A stretch of DNA of 58,362 nucleotides from a virus (lineage: Duplodnaviria > Caudoviricetes), in IMG/VR virus record IMGVR_UViG_3300037882_000558, positions 1-58,362 of that record. One strand, given 5' to 3'. Shown in pieces: positions 10,132 to 18,037 of this stretch (the stretch's first letter is position 1; the number at the start of each line of letters is the position of its first letter). The translations under genes were made by a program, and so were the position numbers. The notes below the pieces were generated by a model that was not told the DNA's origin, made no database searches, and saw only the letters and a list, made by a program, of their open reading frames with translations.

Positions 10132-10561
10132 AACTGGTGTAGCTTTTTTACTACCTGCATATTATATCCATGATTCGAAAGTAGCCGACCATCTTTTTCT
10201 AGCTATTTCACGTAGGAACGATCCTGAATTATTTGGTATTCCCGGCGGGAAGGTAGATCCTGGCGAATCTGAGTTAGAGGCAGTCCAACGAGAAACTGAT
10301 GAAGAAGTAGCTTTACTAGGCTCCTCAGATCAGTTTCAGACTATCTATTCAGGACTATGTGTTGATTATTGGGTTACAGGGTACCTATGGGTAGGTACTA
10401 AAATCAATCTAAATCATCTAGCAGCAGAGCCAGGTCTAGAATTAAAGTGGCTCTCTAGAGAAGAGCTTTGCGATCCACTTATCTCTCCATTCTCTGAATA
10501 TAACAAGAAAATCTTTAAAGCATACGATGATTGGTTAAAGCATAATGCCACACTTCACTAG
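10118..10561 (+). CDS. Stand-alone Nudix hydrolase
   Basis: Nudix box PGGKVDPGESELEAVQRETDEEV. Confidence 0.85.
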   Translation: MPQSKTGVAFLLPAYYIHDSKVADHLFLAISRRNDPELFGIPGGKVDPGESELEAVQRETDEEVALLGSSDQFQTIYSGLCVDYWVTGYLWVGTKINLNHLAAEPGLELKWLSREELCDPLISPFSEYNKKIFKAYDDWLKHNATLH

Positions 10562-10832
10562 AACTATGATGCTGGAGGCTTTAGACGAGCTTCCTAATGC
10601 GGAATATTTTGCCGTACTTGATTTAGTAGGTGCTATGGCTACAAAGCTAATGGATTCAGGGCGTAAAGGTTTCCAAGAAATTGATGCCAGAACCTTGAGT
10701 TTACAACTACAAGATTGCGTAGCAAAAGGTGATCCAGTAGACGTAGCTAATTACTGTGCTTTTCTACAGTTCAAAGAACAAAAGATTGACCTACCCTCAG
10801 CCGATGAAATATTACAAGACTGGTTAAAGTAA
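10545..10832 (+). CDS. Hypothetical helical protein (KGDPVDVANY motif, possibly MazG-like)
   Basis: KGDPVDVANYCAFL motif recurs in phage proteins; the fold assignment is an inference. Confidence 0.55.
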   Translation: MPHFTRTMMLEALDELPNAEYFAVLDLVGAMATKLMDSGRKGFQEIDARTLSLQLQDCVAKGDPVDVANYCAFLQFKEQKIDLPSADEILQDWLK

Positions 10833-10859
10833 TAATCACGAACACTAATAAAATTGCAC

Positions 10860-10888
10860 TTGCGTAGACAATACGCAAGTGCTATAAT
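10860..10888 (+). promoter_or_regulatory. Sigma70-type promoter with an embedded palindrome
   Basis: TTGCGT-N17-TATAAT; perfect 11-bp inverted repeat at 10856-10882. Confidence 0.75.
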
Positions 10889-10906
10889 AACTACTTACTT
10901 TCAAGA

Positions 10907-11272
10907 ATGATTCTATTATTCAATCTCCAGCAATTAGAGACACAAGCAGAAAATAATTCACGAAAGTTTTTACAACTCTTTGGACAGGTAGTAACAGGTC
11001 CAAAGAGTTTACTTGCGCCAAAAACACGCAAGATACTTGCAGGAACTAATTTTATTCTAAACCCTGTACCGTTATTGACTACTACCGTCGATCCTAACTT
11101 TGTTATACAGTACATTAAATTAGCGGGAATGCGAGACTATGCTCTTTATAAATTGTTTGGTAGTAAATCACTACCCCTCTCTTATTTCCCTGATGTGGAT
11201 TTAAATAAGTTAAAAAACAACACGTTATTAGATATAACAGCAACAGATATAAATTTTAAATACGAAAGATAA
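10907..11272 (+). CDS. Conserved T5-like protein preceding D11
   Basis: QYIKLAGMRDY...NTLL..INFKYE pattern; syntenic position. Confidence 0.7.
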   Translation: MILLFNLQQLETQAENNSRKFLQLFGQVVTGPKSLLAPKTRKILAGTNFILNPVPLLTTTVDPNFVIQYIKLAGMRDYALYKLFGSKSLPLSYFPDVDLNKLKNNTLLDITATDINFKYER

Positions 11273-11278
11273 GACAAA

Positions 11279-11926
11279 ATGGCTTTAAGTTTTTCAAACA
11301 CCAAGGGTAAGGCAGTTTCCAACAAGGTTGAGTCCTATGAATATAAGGACGGCGAACAGACACTACGCTTAGTAGGCGGCATTCTACCCAAGTATGTGTA
11401 CTGGGTAAAGGGTACTAATAATAAAGATATCCCTATTGAATGCCTAGCATTTGATCGTGAACTAGAAAAGTTCACTAATACTGAAGTAGACCACGTTACT
11501 AGCTTCTACCCAGATAAGAAGTGTTCATGGGCTTATGTTATTAACTGTATCGATCCTAAGGACGGTAAGGTTAAGGCGCTAAACCTAAAGAAGAAGTTAT
11601 TCGAACAGATTATTGGCGCTGCCGAGAATCTAGGCGATCCTACCGATCCAGATACTGGTTGGGATATTGTATTCAAGAAGGTTAAGACAGGTCCTCTAGC
11701 TTTCAACGTTGAATACACTCTTAATGCTTTCAAGCTAAAGCCACGTGCTCTAAACGAAGCAGAACGTGAAGCAGTAGCTGCTGCCAAGAGTATTGACGAA
11801 AAGTTCCCTCGTGCTACTCCTGCTGAAGTTCTAGCTCTATTAGAGAAGCTAGCTCGCGGAGCCTCTGAGGAAGAAGAAGGTGGAGAAGGTGCTCCAGCTA
11901 CTCCTGAAGAAGCTAAAGACCTATAA
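11279..11926 (+). CDS. D11: ssDNA-binding protein (T5 D11-like)
   Basis: LRLVGGILPKYVYW, LKKKLFEQI, GDPTDPDTGWDIVF and FNVEY motifs; acidic C-terminal tail. Confidence 0.88.
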   Translation: MALSFSNTKGKAVSNKVESYEYKDGEQTLRLVGGILPKYVYWVKGTNNKDIPIECLAFDRELEKFTNTEVDHVTSFYPDKKCSWAYVINCIDPKDGKVKALNLKKKLFEQIIGAAENLGDPTDPDTGWDIVFKKVKTGPLAFNVEYTLNAFKLKPRALNEAEREAVAAAKSIDEKFPRATPAEVLALLEKLARGASEEEEGGEGAPATPEEAKDL

Positions 11927-11933
11927 TTAAATT

Positions 11934-11967
11934 AGCCGCTATAGTTGAAAAGCTATAGCGGCTTTTC
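11934..11967 (+). terminator. Rho-independent terminator
   Basis: AGCCGCTATAG / CTATAGCGGCT stem followed by a T-run. Confidence 0.8.
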
Positions 11968-11982
11968 TCACTGGAAATATTA

Positions 11983-12930
11983 ATGAAAGTATTAGTTAGC
12001 GCAGATTGGCACATTAAACTAGGGACAAAGAATATTCCCGATGCCTGGGCTGTTAATCGTTATAGAATATTATTTGCAGAATTACATAGGTTAGAGCAAA
12101 GCGTAGATAGACATTTGATCTTAGGTGACGTATTTGATCGTTTACCTAAAATGGAAGAGTTAGAGCTGTTCTTAGACTACGTTATAGGCTGTAGAGTAAA
12201 AACTATAATTATTCCTGGTAATCATGAAGCCTTAAAGCGTAATACAACGTTTTTAACTCACTTAAAATCCACGGTTACAAAGCTCAACCCACTAGTAAGA
12301 ATTATTGATGAATATCATTCTGAAGACGGTATTGACTATATTCCTTATAATCGCTTAAAAGAATATAGACCGGATGATATTGATTTTCATAATCGTATTT
12401 TATGCACACACGTTCGTGGGGAAATCCCCCCACATGTAAAACCTGAAATAAATCTAAACTTATTTAGTCGCTGGGATGTAGTACTAGCAGGTGACTTACA
12501 TTCTTATGAAAATTCTCAGTTAAATATCCTTTATCCGGGCTCTCCTGTATCGACTAGTTTCCATAGAAGTCATGTTGATACAGGAGTTATCTATTTTGAT
12601 ACGGAAACTTTAGAACATTCATGGATTAAATTAGAAGTACCTCAGCTTATCCGTAAGACTTTAAAAGCAGGAGATGAGGCATTAGCTACACCCTACCATC
12701 ATACCATTTATGAGGTGGAAGGTAACTTAGCAGAACTTTCCTCACTAGAAGATAATGAACTAGTAGAAAAGAAAGTCACAAAACGAACAACAGATACAGC
12801 TCTTATCTTAGACTCAGAAATGAGTATTGAAACGGAATTAGCTGAATATTTAACTTATATTCTTGAACTCGGTGAGACTGAGGTTCAAGAAGTTTTAATG
12901 GAATATGCCAATCATGCAAATAAAATCTAG
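11983..12930 (+). CDS. D12: SbcD/Mre11-like nuclease subunit (T5 D12)
   Basis: ADWH, GDVFD, PGNHE, AGDLH and YPGSP metallophosphoesterase motifs. Confidence 0.92.
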   Translation: MKVLVSADWHIKLGTKNIPDAWAVNRYRILFAELHRLEQSVDRHLILGDVFDRLPKMEELELFLDYVIGCRVKTIIIPGNHEALKRNTTFLTHLKSTVTKLNPLVRIIDEYHSEDGIDYIPYNRLKEYRPDDIDFHNRILCTHVRGEIPPHVKPEINLNLFSRWDVVLAGDLHSYENSQLNILYPGSPVSTSFHRSHVDTGVIYFDTETLEHSWIKLEVPQLIRKTLKAGDEALATPYHHTIYEVEGNLAELSSLEDNELVEKKVTKRTTDTALILDSEMSIETELAEYLTYILELGETEVQEVLMEYANHANKI

Positions 12931-13153
12931 TATTGTATACTCACAACCTAATTGTGTTGCCTGTGTAGCAGCTAAGCACCTTTTAGCTTCTAAAGGTTAC
13001 TCAATTGAGGAACGCCTAATTGATGGTAAAACCTGGACGCTGCAGGATGTTCAGAAGGAATTTGGGCATGTACGTAGTGTTCCACAAGTATCTATCAATG
13101 GCCGCATTATTGGCGGATTAGATATGTTAAGAAAGTATCTGGAACGTGGATGA
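12905..13153 (+). CDS. Glutaredoxin
   Basis: YSQPNCVAC, RSVPQV and IGG motifs. Confidence 0.88.
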   Translation: MPIMQIKSSIVYSQPNCVACVAAKHLLASKGYSIEERLIDGKTWTLQDVQKEFGHVRSVPQVSINGRIIGGLDMLRKYLERG

Positions 13154-13480
13154 AAACAGCAGTTGTAGGTTCTAGAGACTTTTATAACTACCCTGACTTA
13201 TTCTTAGAACTAGAAAAGCATGATATTACAGAGATAGTATCTGGTGGTGCTAGAGGTGCTGATCAGTTAGCACAGCAATATGCTGCAGAACGTCTTATAC
13301 CTATGACTGTATTTTTACCTGATTGGGATAGGTACGGTAAAGCAGCTGGCATGATTAGAAATAAAGCTATAAGATGCCGAGCATGTTATAGCTTTCTGGA
13401 ACGGATTCAGTAAAGGTACTGCTAATTCTATTCAATTAGCTAAAAAACTAAATAAAAGGCTTACAATAATCGTAACATGA
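13150..13480 (+). pseudogene. SLOG-family (DUF2493/YspA-like) protein split by a frameshift near 13372
   Basis: VGSRDF, VSGGARGAD and AGMIRN in the first frame; DAEHVIAFWNGFSKGTANSIQLAKK continues in the +1 frame and ends at TGA 13480, overlapping the D13 ATG. Confidence 0.8.
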
Positions 13481-15279
13481 TTAATATTGAAACACTAGAA
13501 TGGTCCTATGCTTTTTCGTATGGGCCTAATAATAAGATTGACTTCTCAGAAAATCCATTACTTCAATTAGTGGGTAAAAATGGTCATGGGAAGACTAGTA
13601 TAGCCTCTATCTTAGAAGAAGGTATATACAATAAGAACTCCAAAGGTATCAAGAAATCAGATATCTTAAACAGATATACAACAGAGAAAGCTTATACCAT
13701 TTCGGTAGGTTTTACTAAAGATACCGATGTCTATAGAATTGAAACTAGACGAGGTTCTACACAGACTGTTAAGTTATTTAAGAATAATCTAGATGTTTCA
13801 GCGCATACTTCTACAGCTACATATAGGCTGATTGAAGAAACTATGGGTATGGATCATAGAACATTCGCTCAGATTATTTATCAATCTTCTGCATCTAGTT
13901 TAGAGTTTTTAACTGCTACTGACTCTAACCGTAAGAAATTTTTAATTGATCTACTTGATCTAAGTATTTATCCGGAGACTTGTGAAGTATTTAAAGCTAC
14001 AGCTAAACAGTTGGAAACTGAAGTTACATCTGTTAATGCTAAAATTGATTCTGCGAATTCGTGGCTAAAGAAAAACGCAACAATAGATTTAACCCCAAAA
14101 CCAGTAGTTAAGGTAAAAGAAGCCCCTAGAAGTTTATACGATCAGATCGGTGAATTGAAAGCTCAGCTAAGTAATATCACTAATTTAAATAAGCGTACTA
14201 TTCAGAACAATGAATATGCCAAGCTTATGCGTAACATTGATGTAGTACCTCCAGGCCCTAAGCCAGTACATCCAATGTTACAAGCTTTAAAGGGCGAGAA
14301 ATTAAGTTTATCTGGCATACAGCAGTCTTCTAAAGCTTTACTTAGTAAGTTAGGTGCCATTGCTTCCTCTACTACATGTCCTACATGTTTACAGGATATA
14401 GATGCTTGCAAACGAGATGCAATTATCCTACAAAGTCAAACTAGTAAAGACGTAACTACATCTCGTATTGCAGAAATAGATAAACTATTTGCAGAAATGC
14501 AACGTGAAGATAGTCAGTGGGCAGCTAGAGTAGCTGTATTAGAAGAATACGAGCGTTACAATGCTTTATTCGATCCTGAAATGTCTTCAGAATTGCTAGA
14601 TCGTGAAGCAATCGTGAATCAAATTTCAGCACTTGAGGCAGAGGTTAAAAAGATTGAATTAGAGATTTCTTTTGCACAAACCGCAAATAGGTCAGCTGAG
14701 GCACATAATGCCAAGATTTCTGTTATTACTGAACAGATTGCTGAATTTAACGAAGAATTAGTTACTTTAAACGCTAGACTTAAAGTATTATTAAAAGAAT
14801 TAAATAATACTCAGGTTCTTGTTAAAGCATTCGGACCTAATGGTATAGTAGCGTATAAGATCGAGTGTTTAGTTAAAGACCTAGAAGAACAGACTAACTT
14901 ATACCTAACTGAGCTATCTGATGGCAGATTTCAGTTGCGTTTTGAAGTATCTACTAGTGATAAATTAAATGTAGTTATTACAGACAATGGTAACGATATT
15001 GATATTTTAGCATTGTCCAGTGGTGAGCGCGCACGAGTAAACGTAGCTACACTACTAGGTATTCGTAAGCTATTACAGTCTCTATCCAATAACAGAATTA
15101 ATTTGTTATTCCTAGATGAAACCATTGAGAATCTAGACGTGGACGGTAAGGAAAAACTAGTAGAAGTTCTACTACAAGAAGAGCATTTAAATACTGTATT
15201 AATCTCTCATTCCTTCACACATCCGCTCATTGAGAAATTGAATATAATTAAAACAAATAACATTTCGAGGATTGAATGA
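13477..15279 (+). CDS. D13: SbcC/Rad50-like ATPase (T5 D13)
   Basis: GKNGHGKT, zinc hook CPTC, signature LSSGE, FLDE, ISH; long coiled coil. Confidence 0.94.
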   Translation: MINIETLEWSYAFSYGPNNKIDFSENPLLQLVGKNGHGKTSIASILEEGIYNKNSKGIKKSDILNRYTTEKAYTISVGFTKDTDVYRIETRRGSTQTVKLFKNNLDVSAHTSTATYRLIEETMGMDHRTFAQIIYQSSASSLEFLTATDSNRKKFLIDLLDLSIYPETCEVFKATAKQLETEVTSVNAKIDSANSWLKKNATIDLTPKPVVKVKEAPRSLYDQIGELKAQLSNITNLNKRTIQNNEYAKLMRNIDVVPPGPKPVHPMLQALKGEKLSLSGIQQSSKALLSKLGAIASSTTCPTCLQDIDACKRDAIILQSQTSKDVTTSRIAEIDKLFAEMQREDSQWAARVAVLEEYERYNALFDPEMSSELLDREAIVNQISALEAEVKKIELEISFAQTANRSAEAHNAKISVITEQIAEFNEELVTLNARLKVLLKELNNTQVLVKAFGPNGIVAYKIECLVKDLEEQTNLYLTELSDGRFQLRFEVSTSDKLNVVITDNGNDIDILALSSGERARVNVATLLGIRKLLQSLSNNRINLLFLDETIENLDVDGKEKLVEVLLQEEHLNTVLISHSFTHPLIEKLNIIKTNNISRIE

Positions 15280-15974
15280 GAAGTATAGAAGCTAGATACG
15301 GCAAGATTTGGTATTACGGCAAAGACGAATACGTAGGTAGAAGCCTTCACAATTATGGTGAATTTAGTGGCGAAGAGTGTGAAATAATTAACTCACTAGC
15401 CACAGGAACATGCTTAGACATTGGTGCCAACATAGGAGTTATGTCTCAGATGTTAACTTACTACGGTAAAGAATGTGTTGCCTTTGAGCCTCAACCGGAA
15501 ATATTTAAGCTATTAGAACTAAACTTTGAAGGTTTAAAATTTAACGTTGCCTTAGGTTCGGAATCCGGTACTGCAAAAATGCCTAGGCTTCGTTATGGTA
15601 CTAAGTGCAATTATGGCGGTATTTCGCTAAATACTCGTAGCGAACTAGGTAGCTACGATGTACCAGTAATGACTCTGGATTCTTTACAAATAGCTAGCGT
15701 TGGTTTTATCAAGATTGACGTAGAAGGTTGGGAACAAGAGGTACTTAAAGGTGCCTCCGAAACTATTTCCCAGTACAAGCCTGTTATGTACATCGAAGAT
15801 GACAGACTCGAAAAACGAGCAAGCTTGCGCCAGTACATAAACTACCTAGGCTACGATATTGAAGTTAGCGAGCCCCCACTATTCCGCCCTAACAACTTCT
15901 TTAATAATCCTAAAAATATTTGGGATAAGAATTACGTAAGTTGTAATTTGATTTGTAGGCCTCGCCATGGTTAA
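15276..15974 (+). CDS. FkbM-family SAM-dependent methyltransferase
   Basis: LDIGANIG, AFEPQPE, FIKIDVEGWE..VLKGA; N-terminal DEYVGRSL.YGEFS. Confidence 0.9.
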   Translation: MRSIEARYGKIWYYGKDEYVGRSLHNYGEFSGEECEIINSLATGTCLDIGANIGVMSQMLTYYGKECVAFEPQPEIFKLLELNFEGLKFNVALGSESGTAKMPRLRYGTKCNYGGISLNTRSELGSYDVPVMTLDSLQIASVGFIKIDVEGWEQEVLKGASETISQYKPVMYIEDDRLEKRASLRQYINYLGYDIEVSEPPLFRPNNFFNNPKNIWDKNYVSCNLICRPRHG

Positions 15975-16419
15975 TCCAAGAGATAAAGGAGCTAGAGGTG
16001 AAACTCTGGCTCGTGATTTGTTAAGAAAACATACAGGATTAAACTGGGAGCGTGTTCCAGGTTCCGGTGCTTTAGATGAAAAACACGGAATGAAAGGGGA
16101 CTTGTATGTTCCTAACGAAAAAAATTACTATGCAGTCGAAGTTAAGAACTATGAAGAAGATCACCTTAATAGCACGCTTCTCACTAGTAAGACTCCTCAG
16201 CTTATTGAATTCTGGCAGCAAGCGGTTAGACAGGGGATTCAGACTAATAAAAAACCACTCTTGATCTTTAAGTTTAATCGTAGTAAAATGTTTGTTGCAT
16301 TTGAAGAAATGCCTTCTGCAAACTACCGAAACTTATTCGTAAACATTAATGGTTACGAGTTTTATACGTCATTACTAGAAGACTATCTAGTAAATGAAAA
16401 ACCTAAATTTATAGCCTAA
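15967..16419 (+). CDS. D14: Holliday junction resolvase-like PD-(D/E)xK nuclease (T5 D14)
   Basis: KGARGE, RVPGSGA, KGDL, VEVKNY and WQQAVRQ motifs. Confidence 0.88.
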   Translation: MVNPRDKGARGETLARDLLRKHTGLNWERVPGSGALDEKHGMKGDLYVPNEKNYYAVEVKNYEEDHLNSTLLTSKTPQLIEFWQQAVRQGIQTNKKPLLIFKFNRSKMFVAFEEMPSANYRNLFVNINGYEFYTSLLEDYLVNEKPKFIA

Positions 16420-17276
16420 TGTCAAAAACATTCCAAAATATAGCAGAACTAGAGCCCGGTACACTAATGATAGTAGATGCTCTTAACTTAGCTTTCCGTT
16501 ATAAACATTCACGACAGCTAAACTTTAAAGACGACTATATGAAGACTGTAGAAAGTCTTCGTAAATCTTATAAAGCTAAATATGTAATTATAGCTTGTGA
16601 TCAAGGTAGTAGTAGCTACCGTAAAGAATTATTCCCGGATTACAAGGGTAACCGAGAAGAGCTACGTGCCAATCAAACAGCTGAAGAAGCTTTAGAATTT
16701 AAACTATTCTTTGAAGAATTCAATGCTACTATGCAAGCGTATAGAGATATGGAAAAATTCCCTCTATTACGTTTCCCAGGCGTAGAAGCTGACGATATCG
16801 CCGGATACATTGTTAAGACAGTACCAGATCATTTCCCTATTGATAATATTTGGCTGATTTCCTCAGACCGAGACTGGGACTTGTTAGTGGCCTTAGGCGT
16901 AGCTAATCGGTTTAGTTATGTAACCCGTAAAGAAGTTACATACGATAATTGGAATACTCATTACGATTGTGAGCCCGACCAATATATCAGCATTAAATGT
17001 CTACAGGGCGATAGTGGCGATAATGTGCCTGGAGTTGACGGCTTAGGTCCTGTACGCTCTGCTGCATTAGTTAAACAATATGGTACTACTTACGATATTA
17101 TTGCTAATCTACCCCTACCTGGTAAAGCTAAGTATATTCAAAACTTAAATCAATTCGGTGCAGATGCACTCTTATTAAACTATAAATTAATGGATCTAGT
17201 AGAATTCTCGGAAGAAGCTGTTGGAGCTGAAAACTGTGAATTCATAGATCAAGTATTAAAGGATTACATTAAATGA
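16419..17276 (+). CDS. D15: 5'-3' flap endonuclease (T5 D15)
   Basis: VDALNLAFR, YKGNR, EADD, SSDRDW and GDSGDNVPGV motifs. Confidence 0.94.
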   Translation: MSKTFQNIAELEPGTLMIVDALNLAFRYKHSRQLNFKDDYMKTVESLRKSYKAKYVIIACDQGSSSYRKELFPDYKGNREELRANQTAEEALEFKLFFEEFNATMQAYRDMEKFPLLRFPGVEADDIAGYIVKTVPDHFPIDNIWLISSDRDWDLLVALGVANRFSYVTRKEVTYDNWNTHYDCEPDQYISIKCLQGDSGDNVPGVDGLGPVRSAALVKQYGTTYDIIANLPLPGKAKYIQNLNQFGADALLLNYKLMDLVEFSEEAVGAENCEFIDQVLKDYIK

Positions 17277-17704
17277 AATTAGACATTAGAGTAAATGATT
17301 TACGTCTAATACCTACTAGAGCTAACCCAACCGATGCTGGTTGGGATTTATATTGCAGAGCTGATCGTACATTTGCTCCCGGCGAAAAACATTTAGTAGA
17401 TACAGGTTTACAGATACGTATTCCAAAATACTTTGTGGGTCTATTAGTACCTCGTTCTAGTTTGCAAAAGAAAGGTCTAATACTAGCCAATAGTGTAGGT
17501 ATTATTGATGCAGATTATCGTGGTAATATCTTTGCAGCCTTAAAGAATATTGGTGATAAGACCGTTACCATTGAAGCTAACGAACGATTTGTACAGCTGC
17601 TAATCGTACCAGTTGTACTAGCTGAAGCTAACGTTGTTATTGAAACAGATGATGTGTGGAACGATACTTCCCGCGGAGTGGGTGGCTTTGGGAGTACTGG
17701 ATGA
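17273..17704 (+). CDS. dut: Trimeric dUTPase
   Basis: AGWDL, PRSS, GIIDADYRG, QL and RGVGGFGSTG motifs. Confidence 0.96.
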   Translation: MKLDIRVNDLRLIPTRANPTDAGWDLYCRADRTFAPGEKHLVDTGLQIRIPKYFVGLLVPRSSLQKKGLILANSVGIIDADYRGNIFAALKNIGDKTVTIEANERFVQLLIVPVVLAEANVVIETDDVWNDTSRGVGGFGSTG

Positions 17705-17829
17705 GAGCATACTGGTATTGGCCTGCTAAATTGAGCCTTTGGGTATTTCCTACACTAAAGGCGTTGAGATACGTAGAGTATGTAGAAAAGAACCTAGTAT
17801 GCGATAATTGTGGAAGAAAATATGACTAA
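17701..17829 (+). CDS. 42-aa ORF below the ORF-track cutoff (MRAYWYWPAK...VCDNCGRKYD)
   Basis: ATGA overlap with the dut stop; GGGAG upstream; its stop overlaps the next gene's ATG region. Confidence 0.5.
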   Translation: MRAYWYWPAKLSLWVFPTLKALRYVEYVEKNLVCDNCGRKYD

Positions 17830-18037
17830 AACTGTCCGAATTGAAAATGCAGACACAGGTACTGCATACCACGTAAGAGTTACGACGCAAGAACGTCTGT
17901 ATAACCATGAAACTCAGGCGCTATCGCCTGAATGGACTGATACAAATACTAGAATTCTAAGTTACCCTACCGAAATGCTTAGTGATTACTTAACTAACTC
18001 TAAGCGTTTCCTTATTGAAGAAGTGAGCAAAGATTAA
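17822..18037 (+). CDS. Hypothetical protein (MTKTVRIENAD...)
   Basis: In-frame ATG 17822; TAATG coupling to the RNR gene. Confidence 0.65.
   Translation: MTKTVRIENADTGTAYHVRVTTQERLYNHETQALSPEWTDTNTRILSYPTEMLSDYLTNSKRFLIEEVSKD

Noticed and set aside
15276-15974. Methyltransferase as a DNA (restriction-evasion) methylase
   Set aside because: Lacks DPPY/NPPY or PC catalytic motifs; has FkbM-type KIDVEG instead
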